Below, in pieces: positions 49,372 through 63,034 of a stretch of DNA of 64,000 bases (position 1 is its first letter; the number at the start of each line of letters is the position of its first letter). Position numbers and translations under genes: made by a program. Below the pieces are notes generated by a model. That model was given only the letters and a program-made list of their open reading frames with translations, made no database searches and was not told where the DNA came from. Origin of the DNA: Tubiluchus corallicola (lineage: Eukaryota > Animalia > Priapulida); NCBI GenBank assembly GCA_030141605.1, contig JAQGDQ010000318.1, positions 62,001 to 126,000 on the forward strand. Reading direction: 5' to 3'.

Positions 49372-49789
49372 CGTGAGCTTTCGTAGAATCAAATAAACCC
49401 TGACACTATCTGCAAAGATCGCTTTTAAAAGGTTTAATACATCACGGAAACGAATGTTTCAGTGTCAAGGTTTATTTGATACTATCTGAAATCGTTCTAA
49501 GAGTCTTTGATCTTTGTTAATTTAGTTTCGAACATGGAGTGACCAATGCAATTGTCGCAGACGTCATAATAAGAGTTGAGTTTTCATTTTTATCTTGTGG
49601 GCCACATTGGAAGGGAAATTTTACATTATTATTTTACAACATTCGTTTTATCAGTGATTGTTTCGTTATTCTTTAGTGTCATATTTCAAAATTGAAATTG
49701 TTTTTTATTTTTCTTGTAATGTATGTATTTTTGGCACTATATTAAATATAATTAAATATATGTTCGCAATTTTTAACTTATTCTCATTA

Positions 49790-50020
49790 CTTATGTATAT
49801 ATTATCGTAAAGGATCAACTATTGAAGACGAGAAACAGTTCTTGATTAATTGTGAAAACTATAAAATGAATAAAGACGAAGCTTTCACTGACATTGTAAG
49901 CATATTGTCCTGACTTGATACCTAATTATGAGCAATGATGATGAGTATTTCTTTTTGACACAAAGCCAACGACTAAGAAATATTAGTAATTGTTTTTAAT
50001 TTAATAAGTAAATCTAAATA
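49790..50020 (+). mobile_element. LINE ORF2 3' remnant (also about 63845-64000)
   Basis: GSTIEDEKQFLINCENY resembles the C-terminal EDE.HF...C..Y zinc-knuckle tail of non-LTR elements. Confidence 0.55.
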
Positions 50021-50598
50021 GGAAGAACCTATAAAATTTAATATATATGCAGTTTGACTGTTAATTTTGTTATCAATTTTGGAGTGTTTAATGTGTATGT
50101 ATAGTTGAGTTTATGACATACAACAGGGTTTCATGTTGTTTCTGTGTTTCGTAATGTGTTATGTACCATCTTGAACTTATACACGTTTTGGCATTTTGTA
50201 TATAATAACCGCGTGCTCTAGGAAATGTGTTCTCACCCGGTAAATTGTAATGACTAATATCCTACAGTTACGATTTGCGTCTTGTGCTTGCTAAGACAAT
50301 TACTTAGTAAAAATTTAGGCAGCTTAAACCGAATTTCAATAATTGCTCGAAATCTTTATTTAGTCCATTGCTTGTTTCCAACTAGTCAGTTACTGAAGTC
50401 AGAGCAGTTTAACCCAAAACCAGAAAATGAAGAGAGGGAAACGTTTCGCCTTAGGGCAAGGGGAAGCAACAGGACCCCTTTAAGTTTCAGAGTTCACCGT
50501 GATCACGTTATTTTGATGATCCATTTTGAATATCCAGACACACGAACATGATGATATTCATGATCTAATTTATCCTAGACCTTACTAGACCATAACAT

Positions 50599-50860
<262 letters not shown>

Positions 50861-52929
50861 GCTCTTGCGAAACCTACACTGCCAGTAGGTTCCTGCATGT
50901 GAAATACAGTCTACACATGAAACCTCACACAGAGCACGGCGGTTTCACAAGTTTTTTTTGCATATTCGCGATCCTGGGGCCCTCTTCTGTCTAAATGTGA
51001 ATTTTCAGCATTTTCTCACATACTGGCCATAGTCAGTATTTTCCAACTAGCTTTGAAGCTTTCAGAGCTCTTCTAGCATCGCACATAGAGTTGTGCTTAT
51101 CCACCTAAAATATATGGCAGTTAACCAAATTACATATGTACGTATATCAAGCTAACGAGCTTACAGGGTTCCCACAGAATTTAAAAATAAGTGACTTTTC
51201 CCTGACCAAATATTGATTTTCCATGACCTTTTCGGTGAATCAGGTATTCCGGCACCTACAAGTATCCAGAACAGGAAAAGTGGGATTTAAAGAACCACCG
51301 CTGCATAACATTGCACCCAGTGAGGAAGTAATAGTAGAAATGTTACGTAAGTAATTAAGCTCATTGTTATTACTGCTGTTTACTGAAAAAATGTTCTCCA
51401 TATTAGATTAGAATTAGTTTTACTGAAATAAAGTTCACACGATGTGGATGATGTGGATGAGCCAAGAAAAACAACAAAAGGAAAAGCTAAATCCGGTATT
51501 TCCTGGTGCGATAAACCTGAAATTAATTTATTCAGTATAAAGGTGCGATTTAACAACAAAGAAAAGCAAAAATTGGAAAAATAATTAACATATTAATGGG
51601 TGAAATTTACAGCAGTTAAGTAAAAATATGGCATGTTTCCAATAATAGCCTAATCGATTTCTGATCCATAACAAAAATGACAGATTATTGAGTTAATTTA
51701 TGAGATAAAGATAACTTAGTCTAAATTAACAGAACTTACAATTTTATTATTAAAATGGCACCCTGGTTAACAAAAAACGGCAATTCATAGGTTCACCAGA
51801 ACTACGTCAGCAAGAACAAGATATAATCCGCGTATACGTGCAAGCATGAACAGGAAAACAGGTCATGAGTCATGTGACTATACCTAAAGTTGGCTTCTAA
51901 TACCTGATTGGCTGCAATGTTTAACGAAAGTTAAAAAATTTTGAACGAAAAAGACTTCACAAACGTTAACTAAGTGCCACTAGCAGGTGGTAAAGATGTT
52001 AAAGAATGCTTTCTCATGTATTTTGTTGCCGGGTAAACACTGATTTTCTGTCATACAACATGTAAATTATACAGTTGCTTACGCATCAATATTTTGATAT
52101 ATAAAAATAACATTTCCACGTTATATGTTTGTTAAAAATATTTTTGTTACTAAGCAAAATCTTAATTTTTAATAAATGAATTCCAAGAAGTTAAATCTTT
52201 TTCTTAATCTCGACAAAGGTTTTTTATTTATTGTCAGAAGCTATAGCCCAAACCGGCCTCATCAACCAAGTTGAGTAAAACGAAAACCTGTCTCTACTGC
52301 TAACACAAGAGTCCAGCAAACCAAATTTTAATTATTATTATTGTCAGTTCAGCTGTACTGATGAGGCCCGTTAGGCCATTAGCTCTTGTCAACAAAATGG
52401 AAAATCTGTTTTAAGACTGAGAAAGTACATCAAACTTTTTATTATTCATGCATTAAGTATGATGAATCTCAAGACAGCTCTCTCAAGTTTTGAATATTAA
52501 TTTTGCATGCTGATTGTTGATCATCATAATTTTCCAGCCTCAATGTTCATATAAAATACAGACAAACCTCGTTATAATGCCCCGTTTAAAATGTCAACCT
52601 CAATAAATAGCCGCATTTTTGAAAGAAACAATATGTGTATATTTGCATTTACATGCATGTGTTAATGTGGGCTACATCATTATAATACCAAACTCGCTTA
52701 ACCTCAACTTTTTCTGGAGTCCCAAAGTGGGTTGTATAGAGGTCAAAAGGCTTTAGACATTCAGACTGCATGCATGTCTTAGTCAAGATTAACAAAGCTT
52801 TGAAGTTGGACTTGTAATAATCATAATGTTTTTTGTCAATTTTTTAGACCTGTTTCTACAATTGCATACCCAAACTGAATTCACTGCACGATCTCATTAT
52901 AGTATAAACGTAGGTAACAAGCTACTTCA

Positions 52930-53281
52930 ATGGCTTTGTGGATTAAGCTCAACAATACATACCAATATAGGGGAATAATTACAGTTATAACTAGGATCAA
53001 AGTTTGGAGTGATATGCCTTCTCTATTTACCTTGGTGCGGTATAATTAAAAGACTTTCTAACTACTAGTCCTCTAAAATATGACATGTTCTTCATTATTG
53101 TTCGGCTGGTCAATACGTATCCATGGAATCATAACAGTATCATCGACTGTGTCTGGCTAACCGTCAAAAGGAATGCTCAGATTGGGGATTTTAGCTGTGC
53201 AGAACTATCAACCACTAACACAAGTAGTAGTTCTACAGCTGTTAGCACAGCATCAGCATCAGCAACAACAACAACAACAAG

Positions 53282-53318
<37 letters not shown>

Positions 53319-53939
53319 GCAACAACAATAACAACAACAACAACAACAACAAAAAGAACAACAAAGACATCGTCTGTAGTTACTTCTTTGCCCGAGGGGA
53401 CAACATCTCCTTCAACACTAACAACTTCTTTGACAGAGAATTTAACATCTTCAATAACATCACCAAATAGTGTTATTAAGGCAAGTGGCACTGAAGCATT
53501 GCAGTGGTGCGACAACACAAAATACGCCCTTATCGTGCGTCTTGTAATGTTTTTACCATCCCTAATAACCAACGGCTTAATAATATTAAAGCTGACGAGC
53601 CAGAGAGACACAAGATCAGCAACTTCAGTAAGAGTAGAACGTAGAGAAAGAATAACTGAAGTAATTGTAGACAGTGAAGACACATAAACTGAAGTAATTG
53701 TAGACAGTGAAGACACATAAACTGAAGTAATTGTAGACAGTGAAGACACATAAACTGAAGTAATTGTAGACAGTGAAGACACATAAACTGAAGTAATTGT
53801 AGACAGTGGGGACACATTAATTGAAGTGACAGACTCAAGTAGCGAAACAGTAAGTGAAGACGTGCGAGACAAGGAGAAGAAGCTAGAACAGTCAATCGAG
53901 GCCTTGATTGAACAAATGCTGTTAGATAAATATACCTAA
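52930..53939 (+). pseudogene. Disrupted membrane-receptor relic: C-type-lectin-like fragments, Thr/Ser mucin stalk, one TM helix, acidic tail
   Basis: LWIKLN...VWSD then stop/frameshift, DCVWL......GDFSC, poly-Thr, YALIVRLVMFLPSLITNGLIIL, four in-frame TAA in a 33-bp repeat, then open tail to 53939. Confidence 0.5.
53653..53830. repeat. 33-bp tandem repeat, about 5 copies
   Basis: AACTGAAGTAATTGTAGACAGTGAAGACACATA units. Confidence 0.95.
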
Positions 53940-54929
53940 GTTGTAGTACTGTAGCGTTTGATTATAGTAGTAGTTATTGAATGAATAACCTTTGTATGCA
54001 AAGATTAACAAATTGCGCATAATGTAATTTATGTCTGAAATTATAAGATGAAAATTGAAAGTTATATGCTTTTGTCTTTATTTTGCTTCTTTTATTGCCC
54101 CAACGACTTACCTCAGCGCAGGACATTTGATATTCTTCTATGGAATAATGTATTTCAAACAATAAATAATTATGTGTTACATCTTGTAAATATTTGACAC
54201 GACTCCAAACTTTTTGTAAATTGATGTATTTTCTTTTATTTATTTAGTGTAGGTCAAAGGAATAAGGACACCTCTTGCCAACTTGCATACTCCAGTGCCT
54301 AGTTTGTCAAATGCACTAGCCTAATGAAAAAGGTTTACCCTCTTATCAGTTACCTACATGACTTTTCTAAGGACACCTCTTACCAACTTGCCAACACGAC
54401 TGTATATTATACATTTATGAGGAATTGTGCATAAAATTATACCAGTGATTTAAGACTTTGGATAGATTGGTGATCAAGCTGTAAAACAACCTGAAAGGCT
54501 TATAAACAGCAGAACACCATAAGAGTAGTAAATTTTTGAGGGTTTCCCTTTTATCTTTCCCCTTCAGATGCCAAAAAAGATAATGTACATTTGTGCATGT
54601 ATAACAAAAGTTAAATCACTAGTTTTACCACCTCACTTGAATAGGTTTCATTGCTAAGTCCTGAAGTGCTTAGTACTAATTTTATATAGTAGGTATTTGT
54701 AGGAATTTACAGACGTGTAGTTAAATTTTGAGGGTTTCTCTTTTTTCTTTTCTCCTTCATATACTAAGAAAGATAATGTACAGTCCCAAAAGAATTTCTT
54801 GAACTGATTGGATATTGACTGAAGGATTTATATATTTTGACATATAAATATGTCACCACATAACCCGTGTCGCCATCTATCACTTAAAATTGTCCTTTGA
54901 TTTATCTCTGATCACTTGTTGGATTAACC

Positions 54930-55200
54930 GAATATAAAGGAATCCGCTTTTTACATGTACAAAACTAAACATATACTACTTCCCGCATTCTTTCTAAACC
55001 CAATTATCTATTAAGTGACTCAACAAGATTTAATGAAGTTCTCATTAAGTCTTGCAGGACTGATACGGCATGGCACTTCATCTCTAACACAGGCCTTTGA
55101 GTTTGGAATGACATCAATGAATACATGAAAAATTCTTTATCTATAAATAACTTCAAAAGAAATTTTAAAAGTGATATCTTCTCTAATTATATAGAATAAA
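54930..55200 (+). mobile_element. CR1/L2-type LINE 3' remnant
   Basis: FYMYK......LP..F and CRT......SNTGL*VWNDINEYMKNSLSINNFKRNFK, typical RT C-terminal WN.L...FK..LK tail, with in-frame stop. Confidence 0.65.
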
Positions 55201-55763
55201 TAAATTTGACTAATTACGCTGCTTCCCATATCGGAATCCATCACGTTGCTGGCTATGTCCGTTTCAGTATTTCTGTAGTTCGCGTTACTTCATAGAGTTA
55301 CCATCACATCTTTCTCTTGCTTTCAATTCTCCTTAAATTTTTTTCTTTCTACTTCTTTACTGCTGTTTTCTACTTCCCTCAATCCAATTCAATCCAAGCC
55401 TCACCCACCAAAGTGAACAAAAAACTAAGACAGAAGAAGAATTATTGGACATCGGATTGTTTTTCCTTTCAATAAAACGAAAAACTGTTCTACAAAATCT
55501 AGTATCATTCCAAAAGATTATTTTACAGAACAACAAGTAAAAATAAAGAAAGTTCAAAAACCTGAAAATTAAATCAATGCTGTGGCAAAAATTACAATTA
55601 CACTAAAAGTTGACGTAGTAGCTAATATTACTATTACCCTAGCAGATGATGTAGTAGCTAATATTACTATTACCCTAGCAGATGATGTAGTAGCTAATAT
55701 TATTATTACCCTAACAGGCAGATTCTTATTAAAACACTCTTTAGAAGATTTCTGAATGTCTCT

Positions 55764-56134
55764 CTAGAAGATGACGTTTCGTGTGGAAAGGCAAGCGACA
55801 AGTAGGTACAGAACCATTGATGTACCATGCTGGTAGATGCTGATGCTGCCAGACCCTTTTATTAGGACACAAGTGCAGGTTGGATGGTAGCTTTCTTTAT
55901 ATATTAAGGATCGACAAGAACAGTTGCAGTTGCTGCTGTAGTGGGCGAACGCAGTTTCGCAGATGTTGGCACTGTGGTTCCTCACGGCGTCGTCTACGCA
56001 CTGCGCCTTAAACCTCTCCAGGGTTATCTCGCGTGTAGTGTGGTGGAGCTTTGGCACATCACAATCGGTGGTGGAAGTGCTGAAATTCTCTCCTTTTATC
56101 CAAGACATTTTGCAGTTACAAATCAGTTTATTTT
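55764..56134 (-). CDS. LRR protein copy B, exon 4
   Basis: 371 bp, same stop and hydrophobic tail as copy A. Confidence 0.85.
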
Positions 56135-57285
56135 CTGCAACACAAGCAAATTTCCATTACGCAAATTAGACAAGCACAAATAAAAAATACCAGAACCAAA
56201 AGTTCTTGTTCATAGAAGAGAACCTCTTTTCCCCATCAATGCCAAGTTACATTTAATTGTGACGTCACATCGGGCTTTGAAATTGATATTCAATCGGTGT
56301 TCAACTACAGCACTTAATTATGACGCCACGTCGGCTTTGAAAGTGACATCCAATCGATATTCAACAACAGCACTTAATTGTGACGTCACATTGGGCTTTG
56401 AAAGTGACATCCAATCAGTGCTCAACTACAGCACTTAATTGTGACGTCACATTAGGCTTTGAAAGTGGCATCCAATCGGTGTTCAACTACTGCAAGTCCA
56501 AGGTCGCACAAGAATTTCTTCTTGCAACTAGCCTTGATATTGATAGGTTCTATACAGCACTTTCTAGTCAAAATTCGAAAATAATGTAAATTTAGCAATG
56601 AGTAGACCTATTTGCCCATAGAAATTAGTATTACACAGTAATGATACACAACCATAAGCACTGTAGTTAATGTAGTGATAATATCCTGGTAATAGAGCTA
56701 CAGGTAAAAAAGTCACAATTGAAAAATAACAAGAAAGAATCGGGAGAGAAAAGGGCTCAGGAAAAAAGAAACAGTCCTAACCAAAACGCCATCCCTATCA
56801 CTAACCCTAACTGCTAATCCTAACTCTAACCAAAATTAATTGTGACTTTTTTCCTAGCCAAAATTGTGACTCCCCCCGCCAAAATTGTGATTTTTTTCCT
56901 AGCCAAATTTGTCACTTTTTCCTAGGCAAAGTTGTGACTTTTACCTAGCCAAATATGTGATTTTCCTAACCAAAAAATTGTGACTTTTTGTTAGCCAAAA
57001 TTGTGACTTTTCCAAGCCAAAATTTTGACTTATTCCTACCCAAAATTGTGACATTGTGACTTTTTTCCTAGGCAAAATTGTGACTTTTTCCTAACCAAAT
57101 TTGCGACTTTTTTCCTAGCCAAAATTGTGACTTTTCCGTTACTTTTTTCCTGTGAATTTATTGCCAGGCACCTTTCTAGGCGTGGTAAGCAGTGAGAAGC
57201 TAATTTGCTAGAGTCAATAATTCATCTGCCAAAGCAATTTGATACGAAGCCAACATATCTGTAACTTATTAGCATATTATACTAC

Positions 57286-57819
57286 CTTCTAAGGTGATGT
57301 CGATTTCACTTGGCTTCACATCAGGATGGAACAGTAATGGTGCAACGGTCTTAATCCCATTCTTCGACAGAACTATCTTGCTGATAAAACGGCTTGAGGT
57401 CAGGTCAAGGTCAAGTGATTTCAGATTCTTCTGTCCCACCATGTAAATTTCTCTCAGGTTGTACATTCTACTAAACGCCTTCTTGTCGATGCTTACCATT
57501 TGCGCGTTTCCGTTTAATCGCAGGACTCTAAAGCTGCCACCAAAATCAAATTTTCTGACACCGTAAATGGTCGAATATGCGAGGTCCAACGTCTCAATGC
57601 TTCTGTCGCTGAGAAATGACTTTGGCAGCCAGTCACTGTTGTAATCCACGATTCGGAGGGAGTAGTCGAAATTACCGGTTAGAGAGTTTGAAATATCTAC
57701 CAGCATTGACTTGTCTGAAAGAACAGTGTTGCGTCCACAGACAACGTGGCAGTAACTGATATCTTCTTTGTCCTCGTTAACTATTTCACAGTATCGTTTA
57801 TCAATTGGACAATATTTCT
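57286..57819 (-). CDS. LRR protein copy B, exon 3
   Basis: 534 bp, open, splice sites conserved. Confidence 0.85.
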
Positions 57820-58096
57820 CTGCAAAAACATTCAGCAAGTATAAAATATAGTGCAATCACTGTAATACAATACATACAACGAAGGTAATTTCGGAACTAT
57901 AACAACAACGCCATTCTGGACAAAATGCTTTGTACTTATCAAACAAAAGGTCTCGATCTAGTCGTATCTGTTATCAATAATGATTGTAATTTTTGAATCG
58001 GGGCCAACGGTAGGAATTGGTGCAAAAACTGGCCATTTTCGCCCGTTTTTTGCAAAACCTATACTCTTTTGCAAAACTCTTTTTTCTAGAAAACTG

Positions 58097-60373
58097 GAGG
58101 CTTATGGTTTTCCGTAATGGGGTGTACCAAACGCTTCCACCAGAAGGAACGTTGAATTATTTGGCGGTTCGATTTTGGCAGCTACTGGTACTACTGTCAC
58201 GCAGTGCATTGTTGTGCCGTCATTCTATTGTAGCCTTGTTATGAATAAATTTCGGAATATGAATTTCAGTAGATATTAATTGAGTTTATCGGATGAATCA
58301 GATTCAGATGATAAACTCGCTCCTCCTTGATTTTGTTAAGGAAATTCATATAAATTGAATATGGAACTCACCCAGCTTGTGGCTTGAATTTAATGAGTTA
58401 AATTGTCGCAATATAGTTGAAGGACATGTGTAGAATTCAAGGAGACGCTGTTTACTAGCAGCATGCATGCCGATTAGAAAACAAAGGGAAGACGGTCAAT
58501 AGTGACCATTTGTCACATGTCGCCGAAGTAATCAAAGCGGCAAGGTTCAGTGTCAGTGCTTATTGATCATAAAGTTAGAAATCAGAAGTAATATCCACTG
58601 TCTAGGCAGTAAGACTGCCCAGACGGTGCGGAAGAAATCAAAAGCGGCAAGATTCAGGGACAGTAATTATTGGTCATAAAATTAGAAATCGAAATTATTA
58701 ACCGCTTTAACCGAAAGTATTAACTGTCCAGGAGGTAAAGATTGGCCAGATGGTGCAATACACCAAGGTCAGTGCGCAATAAGGCTTTTGCTATATAAGC
58801 TTGGAAAAAGATTCAAGCGACACACAACAGGGTGATGTGACGAACACTCACACAATTAGGGAGTGAGTCTGACAGTGGTTCCCACCATAGTGTTGTTGTG
58901 TCCGAGACATCTTCTGCATAACGTCAAGAAGCATCGTTAGTCCAGCGTGGAGATATCGTCTACGTACTTAGCAAAGTCTGCGAAGTCTCGTTTAGGAACA
59001 GGGATTTGGCCAGTAGCAGTTGTACTTTGGCCAATCCACCAGTTAAGTGAACTTACTTATTTATTTGTAGCTTGTATTTGATTACAGTTTGTAACCAGTA
59101 TTTGTATGACTTAAGCACCTTCAGTGCATCATACCGATATAGAACTTCAGTTAAGTGGATAGTATCTCTTTAGAACTAGATACTATTTGTAAACGACCAC
59201 CTGCGTATAAGGACAAATCTTGTATTGGTACCAGAGTTGATTAATTTGTAACCTGTAAGTTCAATCAAATCTATTCACTGCATTAACTTAACCATTGAGT
59301 TTTGTTCATGTTAAATGCGTCATTGGTGACTCATAATCGCAACACTAAATCCCTGATTCGAACCTGAAGCGATTCGCAGTGTATAGCTCATTTGCGGGAG
59401 ATCGCTTGTAAACTTGAGGGATAAAGATCTGACTCACAACACAAGTTGGAGATATAGTCGTGTAGGACAGATCATTGCCTTATCGACTGAACTGAAGCCC
59501 TAGGAGTCGGGTAATCGACAGTTACCTGGAAGCAATCTGTGTGTGAATCATAATCATTATTAATTCGATTAATTATTTTAATTAATCAAGGTCACTCTGT
59601 ACAAAAAAAGTAGGGTGATTGCCTGCCTGTAGCTTTGCTACAGTAGATGCTGCCGACTTGACGTTAGATAAATACGATAATATTTAGTGGCATAAAGTGG
59701 CGTTTTCGCAGCATGAGGATGAGGATGCGGATGCGTAATAGATAAAATCGGCTTATATTGTTTACCATGCACCCATTTATACGGCTCGCAATTGCGTTAT
59801 TCTTTTTGTGCAGGTATTCTTTTGATTTTTTTATGCAGGCCGTTCCGCATTGGTAAAACGCATCCGTATCCGTATACTACGTGAACTTAAAAGTTCAAAA
59901 ATAATAACGTAACCATGTAGGATGTTCGCGCACTAAATGTATTTGTGAACGAAAAGGGTTGCGGGGCTTTGTTTTTTAATTAGTTAACTGCCTATTGGTG
60001 CGGGATATACCCGAAACACTTCAGAAATTTGGCTACGGATCAATTTCTGATATTAAATTTTTTTTATGGTATCACTGGCGTTGGCGTCATTTTTTCAAAC
60101 AACAACCCGTAATCAAAATACTCATTGAATTAAATAATGTTGTTTACACGTTTCTCTATAAAAATCGTATTTTAGTAAATCACGAGACTGTTGAGTCGAA
60201 CCATCCACATCGCGAAATGAGAAAGAACAAAATCATTAAGCCTTTTCACATTTCCAACAATTGATGATGATCATGAAAAGGTCGCAGGTTAAGTGTACCA
60301 AGAAATGTATTTGTGTGCACTTGGCGACGCCTCCCAGTTCACGCTATTGTAATAGTAACAGTTTTAATAGCTA
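58097..60373. mobile_element. About 2.3-kb block present only in LRR copy B intron 2, containing a possible solo-LTR-like segment (58229-59642)
   Basis: Absent from copy A; TGTAGC...GCTACA termini, internal direct repeat (about 58530-58756), TATATAA at about 58793; no matching TSD. Confidence 0.5.
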
Positions 60374-60703
60374 GCTAGAACTTTACCTAGTTCATTTTTT
60401 CTTGTTTCCAAGCAAGATCCTGCTGGTAAGTCAATGCGCAGACTAATGCATAATTAAATAAAGTCCACGTAAAACAATTGAAGTTAGCCAACTGATGCGG
60501 AAGGCAGCTTTGCTTTACACATGTCACGTGAAGGTTGTAATTAAGACGGTTGTATTTAAGCGTTACTGTGGCACAGTTAAGCTTTGACCAGCAGCAACTG
60601 CGCATGCGCACAACGAAACTTCAAAAAGGCTTATTGAGCTATCAAGCCATTTTTATAACCTTGGATAACCTGCACGCTGCTTAATGATTATCTTATCAAT
60701 TAC

Positions 60704-60907
60704 CTGGTGTGATGCCACAATCATGATAATATTTCTTATAAAGCGGAATCTGGCAAACATCTGCATATCCTTCGTCTTTACAACTTTGTACAAAATGTGC
60801 AGCAGTCGCCTCCGCGTGGCCATGCCTCACCTGACAGTTAACGTGCGAAGATTTCCAGCCAACAATCTTTACCCAGCTCATATCACAACGGCATTTCAAA
60901 CTATTAC
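60704..60907 (-). CDS. LRR protein copy B, exon 2
   Basis: 204 bp, GNSLKCRCDMSWV; splice sites conserved. Confidence 0.85.
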
Positions 60908-62409
60908 CTATTTGCAAGAAATAAAAATAAAATAAAATAAAATTGCTGAGACTAAATACCCTGAGGCAAAATCAGTGCATTGTGCAACACACTACAGTGC
61001 AGCGCAGCGCAGTGCAGTACAGTACAGCACAGTGCAGCAAAGCACTGCACGATGCAATGCGATGCGATGCAATGCAATGCGATGTGATGCAATGCATTTC
61101 AAATACGATACGATACCATACCATACCATACCATACCATACCATACCATACCATACAATACAATACAATACAATACAATACAATAAAAATTAAAGGTCAT
61201 ATACAGCTTACTTTATGATGTTTTGTGCAAAGACAAAATGCTCTAACTAAGATTCTCTGATACTCATTAATTTTTTCTTGGGGTTTACATAAGAGGAAAT
61301 CGATTGTGAAGATGTCATTTCTGGAGCCCAGAGCCACGTCGTTTCAGCTGAGCTCCAGTCGGTTTGTATTTGCAGTCGACCTCACTGGACTAGAAACCCA
61401 GTTTTAGTGGTGCCAGATGATCAGTGATGGGAGTCCAGCTACATTACTGCCAGCATTGAAGATTTCCGCTCTTGCGATAGTCACGTGACACTGCAAATTG
61501 TGCGTGAGCTGGGAGAGATACTAAATTTCAGAAATATTTGAAAGAGAAATCCGGTCAATTCAAAAATTAAATACACCAATAACCAACGTTAGTCGCACGT
61601 ATGGGATCATTTAGATGTTTTGGTATTCATTTGTCTGTAATCAAGATAAGCGTCGCCAAAAGTTGATTTAAATTATATTTGCAATACATCCATTGTTTTT
61701 TATAATAATAAGAAATTGATCTCTAATGCATTATTTGAATTAGCCTTTTTTCTGTGTATAAGTAACATGAATTACTTGAAAAATTGGTCTCCATAATTTA
61801 ACAGTTAAATAACAATTTGTCACTTACTTTGTTAACAAAAATTCGTAGCTTTAGCTGACTTAGCTGATTTTTTCTTTAAGTCAACTTAGCTGAAATATCA
61901 TTCAACCTCACTCGAGCTAGGTGATTTACTGAGTGAGTCAGTTGGTGTAGTAGCAACTGACTCAGCTTCAGCTGAGCTAGCTGTTTTACTGTGTGAAACA
62001 GCTGTAGTATTAGCAACTGACGCAGCTTCAACTGACCTAGCTGATTTACTGCATGAGTCAGCTGATGTAGTAGCAACTCACTCAGCTTCAGCTGAGCTAG
62101 CTGATTTACTCTGTGCTGTAGCAGTGCAGTTGATGTAGTCATAACTGACTCAGCTTCAATGGCATAAAGTTAATACAACTATTTTATTTTATATACCAAT
62201 ACGATCCACCTGTGATAAATTCTTGAAAAGAATAATGAAAGGACTGTAAATTTTATTTATTTTATGGTACCCCAGTTTTCGTATCAAACATTGTACTTAT
62301 AGTCAATAAACTGTACTACTGCTATTGCCGAATGATAGAATTTTGACAATCTACCCCATGACAAAAGAGACAGAAGCATTAACCCTAAACTTGAAGTTGA
62401 ATCCATTAC

Positions 62410-63034
62410 CTTGCATGACTAACTCTATCTCAGCAGGATATGTATCAGAAGCCATTAACGGCATTTTGACACTTCTAAGCCCCGTGTTATTACTGATGAT
62501 AATCGACTCTATCAAGCCGCAGCTGGTCAAGTCCAGGTTGACCGTGTCAAGAAGTTCGTTGCTTTCTATTCTTATGCGTCTTAAATCGAAATTCAAACTG
62601 AAGGCCTGTTCTGCGATGGCGCTCAACTTTTCGTTTTCAACAAGCGTGACGTTTGTGGCTGACGCGCTAATATCTTTGTCTCTTACTTCTAACAGCTGAC
62701 TGTATTTGATTACCAAGTTACCAATACGCTTTCCATACAGAAAATATGTCGGCAAATAGTCCACGTTAATATTCTGAAGTTCCAAGGCGTACGAATACGT
62801 GCTTGAGATTTTTTCTGAGATTTCTGCTAGCATCTTTTCGCTGTTAAGCCCATCTGGAGTTGCCGTGGCATTTGCTCCGCATACAATATGGCAGTCGTTC
62901 GTATCCGCATACTCATAGTAAACGAATTCGCAGTATCGTTCGTGAGCTGGGCACACTATCCACCCCTGTTGGTTGTGCACGTGGGTAAATTGATGAAAAA
63001 TTGTGACGTACAGTATCACAAAAACTTTTGTCAT
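62410..63034 (-). CDS. LRR cell-surface protein copy B, exon 1
   Basis: Same 625-bp length and splice site as copy A; open frame. Confidence 0.85.

Larger units (their letters stand above)
44667..49949. repeat. Segmental duplication, copy A (direct repeat of 55615-64000)
   Basis: Colinear high identity through exons, introns and upstream region; match runs to the window end in copy B. Confidence 0.95.

Noticed and set aside
53177-53872. 231-aa minus-strand ORF
   Set aside because: Antisense shadow of the ACA tract and 33-bp repeat (poly-Val, repeated YVSSLSTITSV); the + frame has the protein-like motifs
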